From Octopus bimaculoides (taxonomy: Eukaryota): a DNA stretch of 52,636 bases. This document shows positions 1-11,262 of this stretch, in pieces. Made by a program: the position numbers and the translations under genes. The DNA lies in the NCBI RefSeq assembly GCF_001194135.2, contig NC_068983.1:102443855-102496490 (forward strand). The letters run 5' to 3'. Each line of letters starts with the position of its first letter. Position 1 is the stretch's first letter. The notes under the pieces are model-generated. The model made no database searches. It saw only the letters and a list, made by a program, of their open reading frames with translations, and was not told the origin of the DNA.

Positions 1-40
<40 letters not shown>

Positions 41-962
41 TACATATCGATGCATGTATGTATGAATATATAAATAAATAAATATATGTGCGTGTATAAG
101 CAATGTTTTAATGTCCATTTTGCACACAAGCACATACACACACATACATACTCGCAGGCATGAACATGACACATACAATTTCTTATTTGCATGTGCATGT
201 GTGTGTTTGTGTGAGCATGTGTATGTGTGTGTGTGTGGTTGTGCTTGCATGTGTTTTCACATGAGTGTGACCATGTGTTTGTGTATGTGCCTGTCTCTGT
301 GTGTGTTTGTTTGTTCTCGGCATGTAGGGAGCTTTGTTTATGCAGCTGAAACTGAAGCGAATGTTGCTAAATACACTGCTAGTCCAATCATAGCTATATG
401 TTAAATATGATGTTAACATAGGAGTTCACAAGGTGGTGCAGCTCTCTAATTGAGGTCAAAATACTTCTGGAATATCAACTGGAATTATTTAAAGAAACTA
501 ATGTAGACATTTAAAAAAAGAAGAAAGGACATTTCTCCTAGACTAAGTCAGCATTAACCTTTAACTAACTAAAAAGCTAGAAATGTAAATTAAACAGACC
601 TAGAGAAAAATCCAAACAAATGGATTTTTCTTAACGCTGAAGCCATTTCAATGAGAGCATATATTTAATTTCCCAGCTATTATTTTCTCATCTGCCTAGT
701 TGCTACACTTATTCTTTCACTTTCTATAAGTGTCTTCCATTCATCTTCTCAATATTCTCTCGTCATCCTTCTTTTTTTTTTTTATCTTGTCATTTTTCTC
801 TTTTATCTAAACATTGACACTATTGGATTTATGATTTCAATCAGTGTGTTGTATATGATTTGGGGAATGGTGGAAATACTATAAATAGCTGTACAAATTC
901 CATAGTTTCGATAAGAAGAGAAGACTGTTAGTCAAAACAGCATATATTGATTTTTCTCACAG

Positions 963-1008
963 ATTCCAGTTCCGCTCCTATTACCCCACATTGTTATAGA
1001 GTGAAGAG
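963..1008 (+). CDS. Candidate 46-nt internal exon of an unidentified host gene (xSSSAPITPHCYRVK-R)
   Basis: Pyrimidine-rich acceptor TTTTTCTCACAG ends at 962 and a strong donor AG|GTGAGT starts at 1009. Only one frame is open (phase 1 to phase 2). The sequence is not in a recognisable repeat. No homology recognised. Confidence 0.4.
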
Positions 1009-1974
1009 GTGAGTGTCTGCTAAACAATATGATTTGATTATTGAGTAGGAGTTACTTGGTAAAATGAATGAAAACTGTTACACCAAATCATATTTAGACC
1101 TTCCATTGTCTTAGTTTTAACAACTAAACAGGATTATTTTAGTTAAAAGATTAGATACACTCTAGTTTTTATTTCATTATCCAGGTAATTAACATGAAGC
1201 AGTTCCACTAAAAATTAGATTGACACTGAACACTAATAGAATATTATCACTCTAAAAGGAAATTATTTTTAATAGAGTAGGCAATTAATGTAGATAAATA
1301 CTTCGAGTCCTTCCAGGCTAACTCAGATATTACAGATTTTTTAATCCCTGTAACTTTCACCTATCAAAAAGGATTCTGATTTTTCCTTTGGTTTTTTTTT
1401 TTTTTATATTGCTTATCCAGATTATAATTGGCTACAACAAACTGTGTTAACTGTATGCAGCATATAATAAATACAAGGACTAAAAGAAACTATACTAAAT
1501 GTTGAATTATTGCTAATCTTATTGTCAACTCCCTGACAACTAGATAATTAGTTTTTTAATTAATCACATGGTCTTCTTCACTATAGATGACTTACATTCA
1601 AATTTCCCATTCCTATCAACATATTCTTCTGTAATGGAAATCTTCAGATCTTATGTCTTCTTATTTCTATACATAATTCTCTGAATTAAGGAGAATTTTA
1701 TTATATCATTACCCCCAAAGTTGATTTCAAACTACCTGCTATCTCATTATTTATTCTGTCAACAACATTCTTGAGCATTAAGTAAAAGACATTTCAAGGT
1801 GATGGAGTCCTTGATAATGGAACGACTTCTTAATGTATCAGATCAGGATATGTGTTTCTGAAAATTTCATAGATGATTCAAATATTACCCTAATACCCTA
1901 ATAATTTCTGGAAATACAAACAGAATGTGTGTGTGTGTGTGGATACACACACACACACACACACACACACATAA

Positions 1975-3060
1975 TTATCATCATCAACATTTAATGTCCG
2001 CTTTCCATGTTAGCATGAGTTGAACAGCTTGAGAGGAGCTGGCAAGGCCAGGGGCTACACTAGGTTCCACAGTCTGTTTCAGCTTGGTTTCTACAGGTGG
2101 ATGCCTTTCCTAATGGCAACTACTTTACAAAGTGTACTGGGTGCTTTTTACATAGCACCATCACCAGTGCTTTTTACATGGCACCATTACCAATGCCAAT
2201 GCTTTTTATGTGGCACCTTGGTTTTAGGATCTCAATTCTGTTGTGGTGGGTAGGTTTTCTTGAGTACAACAACATGCCACATATCTCGGTCCTCAGTCAG
2301 CTCCTTCTTAAAGCTCAGAGTTTTGAGACTGACCTTCAATACGTCGTCATATATCTTCCTGGGTCAGCCACTTCCACAATTTCTCTCTACTTTAAGTGAT
2401 TGGCATTTATTTATGCAATTGCCCTCATCCATCCACATTACATGTCCAGACCAGTGATGTCTCCTCTCTTGCACACTGCATATAATCCCTCTTACGCCTA
2501 AGTTTTCCCTTAACACACTAGTGCTCTATCGCATATATATACACTGACACTGAACATCCAGTGGAGCATGCCAGCTTCATTCCTCTCTAGGCTTCACATG
2601 CCCTCTCTGCATTTAGGGCCCACATCTCACTACCATGTAACATTGCTGTTCATACACATGCATCATACAACCTTCCTTTCACACAAACGGAGAGAGACCT
2701 TTGGTTGCCAACAGAGATAGAAGCTCCCTGAACTTTCTCCATCCTATTCTTATTCTAGCAATTGTACTTTCAGTACAACCTTCTCCACTGCTTATTAGAT
2801 TATCTTTGTAGTGAGCAGAAATTCATCTACAACTTCTAAAGAGCCTTCAAGACATTTGAGGAAATCAGTTTCCTGTGTATCTGTGATCTATATGACTCCT
2901 GCACATCTACCAAATGCAAACACTACTTCCTCTGTTAACCTTCCTATTATTCCACTGCACCTCTTGTGTGTCCATAGCTTGCACTGGGTACACTGAATGG
3001 AATTTCTGCCTACACCATTTTTATCAATTGAGCAGGGCCATTTACCTGAAGGAAGTAAGG
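1975..3060 (-). mobile_element. RTE-clade non-LTR retrotransposon, 3' portion (degenerate ORF end, 3' UTR, (GAT)n tail)
   Basis: Minus-strand translation gives PSGKWPCSI..GVGRNSIQCTQCKLWTHKRCSGI, RIRIGWRKFRELL, HWSGHVMWMDE and a W..V..D-like C-terminus. The 3' end matches CATGGAAAGCGGACATTAAATG(ATG)n, which is seen in other copies in this window. Confidence 0.85.
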
Positions 3061-3235
3061 TCTTGTCTTATTTTTTGCTTACTAGGAACTTGATCTTTGT
3101 TATGTTAACTTTAAGACCCTCTGATTCCAGGTTTTGTTACCACACATGGAATTTCTTCTATTTTTGAATAATAATGATAATAATAATAATAATACTATAT
3201 ATACATATATATAATATAAATAATATATATATATA

Positions 3236-3314
<79 letters not shown>

Positions 3315-3756
3315 GCATATATGGGTACAGGACACCACCAGCAGTAAATAACATGAAATACAAAAACAAGTTAGTTCAATACGCAACAACGAGAGACACG
3401 TTGTATTGAAATGGTCTTTTTAAGGATTGTCAAAAAAATAAATAAATAAAAAATAAGAAGAAAGAAGAAAAAATAAAGAATAAGAAATAGAAAATGTAAA
3501 TAAAATATAAAAAATGTTTTCCTGTCTTTTCTGTTTTAATCCTTTTCTTTTATATTCTTTGAGTCATATTCAGAATATATTCCTGTCATACATCTATTTA
3601 TTTATTTTTGGTAAGGTGTAGTTCTGCATAAGAATACATTAGTATAATATTTGTAAATTTGAAAAATCATTTAGTAAAAATAACTATATATATCTCATAT
3701 CATACCCACACATATATACATATACATACATACAAAATGTACTCTTTTTTTCTCTT

Positions 3757-4115
3757 TCAAACATTTAACTTAGGAGAAAATCTTTTTATGAAGTGTAGTT
3801 CCATTGCCTTTCGGTATTGTGGATCATCCCGTATACATTTGTAAAAGGGAAAGATTTTGAACTTTCCGTCTCCGCATATATCCAGATGTTTACTCAATGG
3901 AATCATTCTTAGTTCTTCTTGCAGGATATGTTGCCTGTGAATTCTTGCACGTTGGCAGAGGGAGTTACTCATTTCACTGATGTAATTTTCTTTACAGTTT
4001 GGGCAGGTAATGCAGTATATGAGATTTTGTGTTTTACAGTTCATATCTGCATTTATTTTAAAAATAGATCCGCTCTTGAACTTTATGTGGGAACCACTTT
4101 CTATGTATAGGAAGG
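3757..4115 (-). pseudogene. Penelope-like element GIY-YIG endonuclease fragment
   Basis: ORF 3757-4044: NLIYCITCPNCKENYISE..L.QR..IHRQHI...PLSKH..IC...F.IFPFY...RKAMELHFIKRFSPKLN. This matches the PLE GIY-YIG with its CxxC motif (YIG has become YIS). The frame stays open upstream (YIESGSHIKFKSGSIFKINAD). Confidence 0.85.
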
Positions 4116-4404
4116 GATTTTATACCATGAAGTACTTTATCTAAGATACAAAGAAACTGTGTCCTCTTTCTCCTCCTCCTCCTCCTCATCATCATCCTCA
4201 TCATCTCCTCCTCCTCCTCCTCCTCTTTGTCGTCGTCATCATCATCTTCATCGTTGTTGTTATCATCATCATCATCATCATTGTTGTTATCATCAATTTC
4301 ATTATCAACATCATTGTTGTTGCCATCAATATCAACATTAACCTGAACAATATATCATCATGACCGGTCTTCTCCGACTCCTCTTCTTCCACATCTTCCT
4401 CCTA

Positions 4405-4700
4405 CTCATCGTCATCATCCTTTAACACTTGTTTTCCATGGTGACATAGGTTGGATGGTTCAACATGATCCAACTAGCTTGAAGGCTATATTAGTCTCCA
4501 TCGTCTGCTTTGGCAGGATTTCTATGGCTCAATACCCTTTCTAATGCCAACCAGTTTATGATATGTATTAGGTGTCTTCTTCATGGTGCCAACACTAGTA
4601 GTGTCACCAAGAAACTTGTAAGACCCTGCCCTTTCAGAAAGAGGAGCTACAATATTGAGGAAGGTGGTTTGAGCCAAGAGTTAAGAACCATAAGTAGGAA
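4405..4700 (-). mobile_element. Short retroposon with an RTE-type 3' tail
   Basis: (CAT)n followed by TTTAACACTTGTTTTCCATG..GGTTGGATGG and TACCCTTTCTAATGCCAACC. Similar to 35510-35720 and to the RTE tails in the window. Confidence 0.55.
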
Positions 4701-4816
4701 AGGGGGACAGGAGCAGCTGTCTTGCTATACAAGAAATACATGGATACGTCTGTAGGAAAGGAAGGAAAGATAATGGTGATGAGGTATCAGGGCATACCCT
4801 CAAAGTAGCAAGGAGG

Positions 4817-4863
<47 letters not shown>

Positions 4864-5151
4864 GGAACAGAGAGTGGGGGATGGCTGGGTGGATGGGTAG
4901 GGAGTTAGAGGAGGAGAAGTGTAAGGAAGACAGAAGATGCACCAGGGAAGAGACAGGGGCCAGATATACATAGGGGTGGACATAGTGAGTCACAAAATTG
5001 GGCATCAAGAGCAGATGTATTCAGGGTATTCAGGGGAAATGGGTGTTCAGTGAATAAAATAAATTTTCAGTGAATAATATATATTTTAATCATAATATTT
5101 ATGAATAATATATATTTTAATCATAATAGTAATCATAATATTTATCAAGAT

Positions 5152-5290
5152 TAAGGCAACGAGCTAGCAGAACCATGCCAGGCAAAATGCTTAGTGGCAT
5201 TTCATGTCTTTACATTCTGAGTTCAAATTCTGTTGTGGTTGATTTCACCTTTCATCCTTTTAGGGTTGATGAAATAAGTACCAGTTTAGC
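5152..5290 (+). mobile_element. tRNA-derived SINE family A, 5' part (cut by a gap)
   Basis: Head AAGGCAACGAGCTAGCAGAA, B-box-like GAGTTCAAATTC, and core CCTTTCATCCTTTTAGGGTTGATGAAATAAGTACCAG. Confidence 0.75.
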
Positions 5291-5839
5291 ATGGGAGGGG
5301 GGNNNNNNNNNNNNNNNNNNNNNNNNNNGGTTGATGTGCCAAATGTGAAACCAAAATGTGAAATGCCAAAATGTGAAACCAATATATATATCAAGATTAG
5401 TTATGTTGTTTTCTTTTTCAAGGTAGTGCCCCAGCATGGCCACAGTCTAATGACTGAAACAAGTACAAGATAAAAGATAAAAGAAAGATAATCAAATATT
5501 AAAAATTAACATATCAATGGTCATGATGAGAATGATGATGATGATGATGATGATGACGACGACAATGGTGACAATGTGGTAGAGGTGGTGGTGATCGTGG
5601 TGGTGGTGGTGATGATGATGGTAGTGGTAGTGGTGGTGGTGGTGATGGTGGTACATTGAATGTACTTACTTTATTGATTTGTAAAATGTCGAGACTTTGA
5701 CATAGGACAGAATTGAACTTGGAGACAGAAGTCCCAAGTGTTCTATTTTACAGATTCTTGCACAAGGAGATAATTAATTTTGGTCTATATAAATAATCAA
5801 ACTAACTACGCTTCATCTTCTAACACTGAGTCATCCTTC

Positions 5840-5960
5840 CTTTCTTTCCCCTTCTATCTGTCTGTCTCCTTCTATCTATCTGTCTCCTTCTATCTGTCTG
5901 TCTCCCTCTATCTGTCTGTCTCCCTCTATCTGTCTCCTTCTATCTGTCTGTCTCTTTCTC
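5840..5960. repeat. Minisatellite, about 18-bp unit CTTCTATCTGTCTGTCTC
   Basis: About six tandem degenerate copies, read directly. Confidence 0.8.
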
Positions 5961-6031
5961 TTTCCCTCCTGTTGCATGATAAGTGAACAGAAGGATTCTT
6001 AGTGCATTGTCTTAACTGGATTTCTGTTTAG

Positions 6032-6077
6032 GAGTGCTACTGATGGGATATCAACTGATAATTCTGTTACTAAGATG
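6032..6077 (+). CDS. Weak candidate 46-nt exon (SATDGISTDNSVTKM)
   Basis: Acceptor TTTCTGTTTAG ends at 6031. The donor ATG|GTGATA is weak. Phase 2 to phase 0 is compatible with the candidate exons at 963 and 14758. Confidence 0.25.
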
Positions 6078-6707
6078 GTGATATAATATTCACTCAGTTT
6101 CTACATCTCCTCACATGTGTGTTCATGTGTGTGTGTGTGTGTGTGTGTGTTTCCAGCATTAGTTGTTAATTTTGTGGGCATTACAGATATTATCGTTTGT
6201 TATTCTCTCCTTATATGTTTGTTGGGAACTACTTAGAAAGTGTTTTATGACTGCAGTTTGTCTTTCCCCTTACCTACGTTGTTCAAATTGAATAATTCAA
6301 TATCTGAGATCATCATCATCAAGAGACAATATTTCTCATAAACATATTAATTAGTGACTACAAAATGTTGATAGTAATTATCGTTTAATTTGCATTGACT
6401 AAAGTTGTTACAAAATAAATTTTCCATAATTTAATTAAGACTTGGTTTAATTCAGTCTTGCAGTGGATGTTTCTTCTTCATCATCATGAATATTATCACC
6501 ATCATCATTACCGATGCTGTTGCTATTGTCATCATCATTATCATCATCATCATTACCGATGCTGTTGCTATTGTCATCATCATTATCATCATCATCATTG
6601 CCATCGTCGTTGTTGTCGTCATTGTTGTTGTTGTCATCATCATTATCTTCCTCATTGTTGTCAATGTCAACATTCTGACATATACTTTTCTCATGCTAGA
6701 ATGAGAT

Positions 6708-7030
6708 TGTAGTAACGCCTGCGCATGCGTAGTCTTACGCATGCGTAGAATTAAACGAGCAAGCGTTTCCCGCTCAATTCATTCTCTTTCTCGCTGGCCA
6801 GCGATTGAGCATGGACGTGTGTTTAAGCTGTCTCTCTACACTAGACAGCTCGCTCTTTTACGGTCGGCCGACCATGAACATGGACAGTAAAGAAGTGTTT
6901 ATATGTTTACCACCTAAATAAAGTGTTATTTAAGTTGTTTAGTCTGGAGTTCAGCGTTCCGTCTATTTCTTTAATTTTGTAGTAGGAAGTCAGGTATACA
7001 ATCTAAAGATGTATAACCCACTTTCCTATA
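6708..7030 (+). mobile_element. Probable solo LTR (323 bp)
   Basis: Starts TGTAG and ends CTATA, one mismatch from CTACA. Flanked by a 4-bp direct repeat AGAT (6704-6707, 7031-7034). Has AATAAA at 6917-6922 and is CpG-rich relative to its flanks. Confidence 0.55.
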
Positions 7031-7035
7031 AGATT

Positions 7036-7270
7036 AAGGCAGTGAGCTGGCAAAAACGTTAGCACGCCAGGTGAAATGCTTAGCGGTATTTCGTCTGTCG
7101 TTACGTTCTGAATTCAAATTCCGCCGAAGTCGACTTTGCCTTTCATCCTTCCGGGGTTGATAAATTAAGTACCATTGAAACACTGGGGTCGATGTAATCG
7201 ACTTAATCCCTTTGTCTGTCCTTGTTTGTCCCCTCTATGTTTAACCCCTTGTGGGCAATAAAGAAATAAG
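7036..7270 (+). mobile_element. tRNA-derived SINE family A, full length and young
   Basis: A-box-like TGGCAAAAACGTTAG, B-box-like GAATTCAAATTCC, core GCCTTTCATCCTTCCGGGGTTGATAAATTAAGTACC, and tail TTTGTCTGTCCTTG...GGGCAATAAAGAAATA. Close match to the reverse complement of 8756-8992. Confidence 0.9.
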
Positions 7271-7519
7271 AATGAAGTTAGACGACATTTATAGAATAAG
7301 ATTTTCATAGTCAGGTGTTCTTCCTGTCACCAAACCCTTACTTGATTTTCAAGTAAAGTATATTTTTCATTTCACCAGTTCTCACATATTTCTAGTGACC
7401 TGTAGAACAATTTGTTCACTGGGAAAAGTAAACAATGTCATTGTCTCTTTGTTCAAACAGTGCTAATAACAATAAGTAGAATGGATATTTATGAACATCA
7501 CTCATATACACGCATACAC

Positions 7520-7547
7520 ATCATCATTATTATTATCATTATTATTA

Positions 7548-7590
<43 letters not shown>

Positions 7591-7690
7591 CATCATCATC
7601 ATCATCATCATCATCACCACCACCACCACCACCACCACCATCATCATCACCCCCTCCCCAACCACCATCATCATCATTATTATCATTATT
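7520..7690. repeat. Compound microsatellite (ATT)n(CAT)n(CAC)n
   Basis: Read directly. It explains the poly-I/L/T ORFs in the track. Confidence 0.95.
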
Positions 7691-7694
7691 ACTC

Positions 7695-7922
7695 AGGCAG
7701 TGAGCAGGCAGAATTGTTAGCATGCTGGGCAAAATGTTTAGTGGCATTTCGTCTGTCTCTATATTCTGACTTCAAATTCTGCTGAGGTCAACTTTGCTTT
7801 TCATCCTTTTGGGGTCAATAAAATAACACTGGGTTGAACACTGGGTTGAACACTGGGTCGATGTGATCAGCTATCTCTATCTCCCCAAATTTCAGGCCCT
7901 GTGCCTATAGCGGAAAGGATTA
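7695..7922 (+). mobile_element. SINE family A (tail variant AAATTTCAGGCCCTGTGCCTATAG)
   Basis: Same head and core as 7036. Contains a local tandem duplication ACACTGGGTTGA. Confidence 0.85.
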
Positions 7923-7934
7923 TTATCATTATTG

Positions 7935-8135
7935 AGATGGCAAGCTGGCAGAATCATTACCATACTGGACAAAATGCTTAATGGCATTTCTTCTAGCTTT
8001 ACGTTCTGAGTTCAAATGCTAAGGTTGTCTGTCACTGGTTTTGGGTTTGATGAATTAAGAACCAGTTGAGCATCAAGGTCAATGTAATCAACTACACCTT
8101 CCCAAAATTTCAGGCCTTATACCTATTGTAGAAAT
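7935..8135 (+). mobile_element. SINE family A, degenerate, in tandem with the previous copy
   Basis: GATGGCAAGCTGGCAGAATC head, GAGTTCAAATG, and tail AAATTTCAGGCCTTATACCTATTGTAGAA. Confidence 0.75.
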
Positions 8136-8499
8136 TGGTTTCTACTGGATCAGTGGGGTCTCTATTAGATTAGACTGGTCTCCAATTGATTACATTAATC
8201 CTTCTTTACTGAGAGATACATTCTGGAGAACTAAACAGTTTTCCCTGTACTATGGTAAAGTAAGATTAATTTTATATTAGTCCACTGAAATTAGACAACT
8301 GTAAAAGTCAACAGGATCATCTCATTGTCAGTAATCACCAAATATGCCCCACTCAAAGGGGGTCCAGTTTGCCCTTCCATTTTGCATTCAGATAGTGGTA
8401 CTGAACTATTGAACTATATATCCCATCAGCAACAGAGATGGCTTGGCAACTGTGGTGGCGTCTTCATTATCATCATTATCACCGTCATCATTTTTTGAT

Positions 8500-8715
8500 G
8501 GTAACTAGGGTTCCTTGAGTCTCTTCCATCACAGTATCTCTTCAGTAGCTATGGTCCATTGTCATCTCTTTTGTGATGTTCAATATCCTGAGATCAGTTT
8601 TTACTGCTTCTTTCTGTCTCTTCTTTAGTCTTTCTCTTCTGCATGATCTTTTCATTTGGATCACTTGAGCATTCTTCAGTCAACTGTTATCCTTCACGTA
8701 GCATTCCCTTCCACA
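8500..8715 (-). mobile_element. RTE LINE 3' fragment
   Basis: The minus strand encodes EAVKTDLRILNITKEMTMD, like the C-termini of the other RTE copies. Confidence 0.55.
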
Positions 8716-8755
8716 GCAGGGTGTGATTTTTGAAGGAAATTTGATAACTATTTCT

Positions 8756-8992
8756 TCTTTTCTTTTTTATTGCCCACAAGGGGCTAAACATAGAGGGGAC
8801 AAACAAGGACAGACAAAGGGATTAAATCGATTCCATTGACCCCAGTGCATAACTGATACTTAATTTATCGACCCCGAAAGGATGAAAGGCAAAATCGACC
8901 TCGACGGAATTTGAACTCAGAACATAACGGCAGACGAAATACTGCTAAGCATTTCGCCCAGTGTGCTAATGTTTCTGCTAGCTCCCTGCCTT
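8756..8992 (-). mobile_element. SINE family A, full length, with a 17-bp TSD
   Basis: Complete head, core and tail on the minus strand. Perfect direct repeat ATTTGATAACTATTTCT at 8739-8755 and 8993-9009. Confidence 0.92.
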
Positions 8993-9299
8993 ATTTGATA
9001 ACTATTTCTATCAGGCTGAAAGACCTTGCAGAGGTTCCTTAGCTGATTTATCAGCTTTCTCTGTTGTACCAAGTCATCAGCTTCACATTCTTAATAATTT
9101 GCTTTTCAAAGTATATCCCAGGAAACAAACCTTTACAGTTTTCTATTAATAATACAGATGTTAAGAATCTTAAACTAACTTATACCAATCCGTGTTTACT
9201 TCCATAAATACTAATTATTTTCTGAATCCTAAATATCTCTCAGATGATCCATCACTTATATCCAATTGCTCAGGGAACGTAGACACTACTATGGTTGTG

Positions 9300-9390
9300 T
9301 GCATTCAACTTGAGACTATGGTAGAAGGCACTTGCCCAAAGTGCCACATTGTAGGACTGAACCTGAAACCACATGACTGTAAAACAAGCT
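9300..9390 (-). mobile_element. SINE family B head fragment
   Basis: Reverse complement of GGTTCAGTCC..TGTGGCACTTTGGGCAAGTGCCTTCTACCATAG. Confidence 0.6.
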
Positions 9391-9744
9391 TTGGTGCTTT
9401 TTCATTATTAATCCACATCACCTATCATGACAAAATATAGGTTCTCATTTCACTTTGCTTATTATCCCATATTTCAAAATGAATGGGAAAAGACTTTATA
9501 TACAATGTAATTTCAAACCATATTATATGTAATTTCAAACCATATTATAAGTTTCAGAGAATCCGTTTAGAAATACAGCATAATATATTTCTGTGAGGTA
9601 ATAGATTGTTCATGATCCATAAGAAAATAATTTTGCAAATATAGCTATTATATCCTTGTGTATAAAAAACAACAACTTGATACTTCAACATCTTCTTTCT
9701 TATCTGCATTAAGTATAATATACAAATTGCTAAAGATGCCTGAC

Positions 9745-9970
9745 TTAGTAGTTATAGTATCCAGCTCATGATCATAATGTTATGAATTTGATTCCTGACT
9801 GTGTGTTGTGTCCTTCAGCAAGACATTTTATTTCCTGTTGTTCCAGTTCACTCAACAAGCAAAAATGAGTTATACCTGTATTTCAAAGGGCCAGCCTTGT
9901 CACATTCTGTGTCATGCTGAATCTCCTTGAGAACTGCTTTAAGGGTACATATGTCTGTGGAGTGCTCATC
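9745..9970 (+). mobile_element. tRNA-derived SINE with a V-domain-like core
   Basis: GTGTCCTTCAGCAAGACATTTTATTTC..GTTCCAGTTCACTCA..AAAAATGAGT, then CCTGTATTTCAAAGGGCCAGCCTTGTCACA, which is shared with 31138 and 46505. Confidence 0.6.
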
Positions 9971-10881
9971 ATCCTAACAGAGTTCCAGTAGTAGAAACAG
10001 ATTGCTAATTTGAACAAATACTGTTTCCATCACTAATAATGAATTTTCATGCAGCCTGCTGGCTAATTGCAACATCAGTGACTTTTCAATTATTGTCTTC
10101 CTATATCAGCAGAGGCTAAATTTGTCTTAGCATGCAGTTGTTAGTGGAGACTTGCTACTGATGATGCTCAAAGAAATATGTATTTAGTAATGCCACCACC
10201 ATTGGTGGACTGCTTTCTTCTGCTACTGTTATATTTTTGTGTTTTTTAACACTTTACATCTATAAAGGATACTTTCTCAAAACAAATACTGCAGTTTTCA
10301 GGCTTTCTACATTATGTCTGTATTAAATATAATGTACAGATTGCTTTCTTATATATTTTATGACACTCTTCCTTCGTTTTCAAATGCAAAGTAATAACAA
10401 AGTTAAAAGACAGTTTATATTTACTTAGGATATGCTATGAGGGGTAGCAATGAAAAAGTTGTGACCTTGTGACCTTATCTGCTCCAAATAGGCTTTGTTT
10501 GTTTTTTTCAGGGGACTCCTGTAAATTTGTGGATAAAATTCTCCAGTAACTCATAAAATGTCTTCTTGTTGAAAAGCCTATATCTAGTTGAGATATATTG
10601 TGACACAAATTATTATTCCCTATTAAATGTCTGACACATTAGGTCATCATAACATTGCACATTAATTATATTACACTTACTACAAACCAATTAAGAAAAG
10701 CCCATCATTAGGCAATTATTGCACTTGATGAAGTTTCTAAATTGCAATTATAATGTTAATAACTAATTTCTGTTTCTATCTTTCAGCTTGCATATGAATA
10801 TGATCTCAATTCAACTTATAATTTTGAAATATGAATGTTATTTTAAAGCTTTTATGATAACATAAACTGGTTCACATATAG

Positions 10882-11200
10882 CAGGGTTTCTCAACCATTT
10901 TTTATCTATGGATCTCTTTGATTACTATTTTATTCTGGTGAACTCCTATAGCCATTCAATGTTTAAATCTAGTTATACAGAAACTTCTTTCAAAATTCCT
11001 ATTTTATTTTTCCCACATTAACTTGTGTAGATTGAACTATGTAAAATGTTAGAGAAAGAAACATAGCTGTTTCTTACAATACATACCAATACATACATCT
11101 AAAGCAAAATTTTTTAAGGAGCACTTAAAATACTGTTATGGATCCCCAATTTACTATTTTGTTCTGTGGACCCCAAAAGAACCCCAGTTGAGAACCATTA
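10882..11200. mobile_element. hAT (Charlie-like) MITE, 319 bp
   Basis: TIRs CAGGGTTTCTCAAC / GTTGAGAACCATTA. 8-bp TSD ACATATAG (10874-10881) vs ACCTATAG (11201-11208), a 7/8 match. Confidence 0.75.
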
Positions 11201-11262
11201 ACCTATAGGTAAATTGCTTTGAAAATATCTGAACTACTTAAGTTTAGATTATATTCTTTTGT

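Noticed and set aside
6452-7747. Poly-His/Ile/Met/Thr ORFs
   Set aside because: These are translations of (CAT)n, (ATT)n and (CAC)n microsatellites and a 48-bp tandem duplication.
10158-10190. CTGATGA..GAAA as a hammerhead
   Set aside because: The intervening TGCTCAAA cannot form stem II, and there is no stem I or III.
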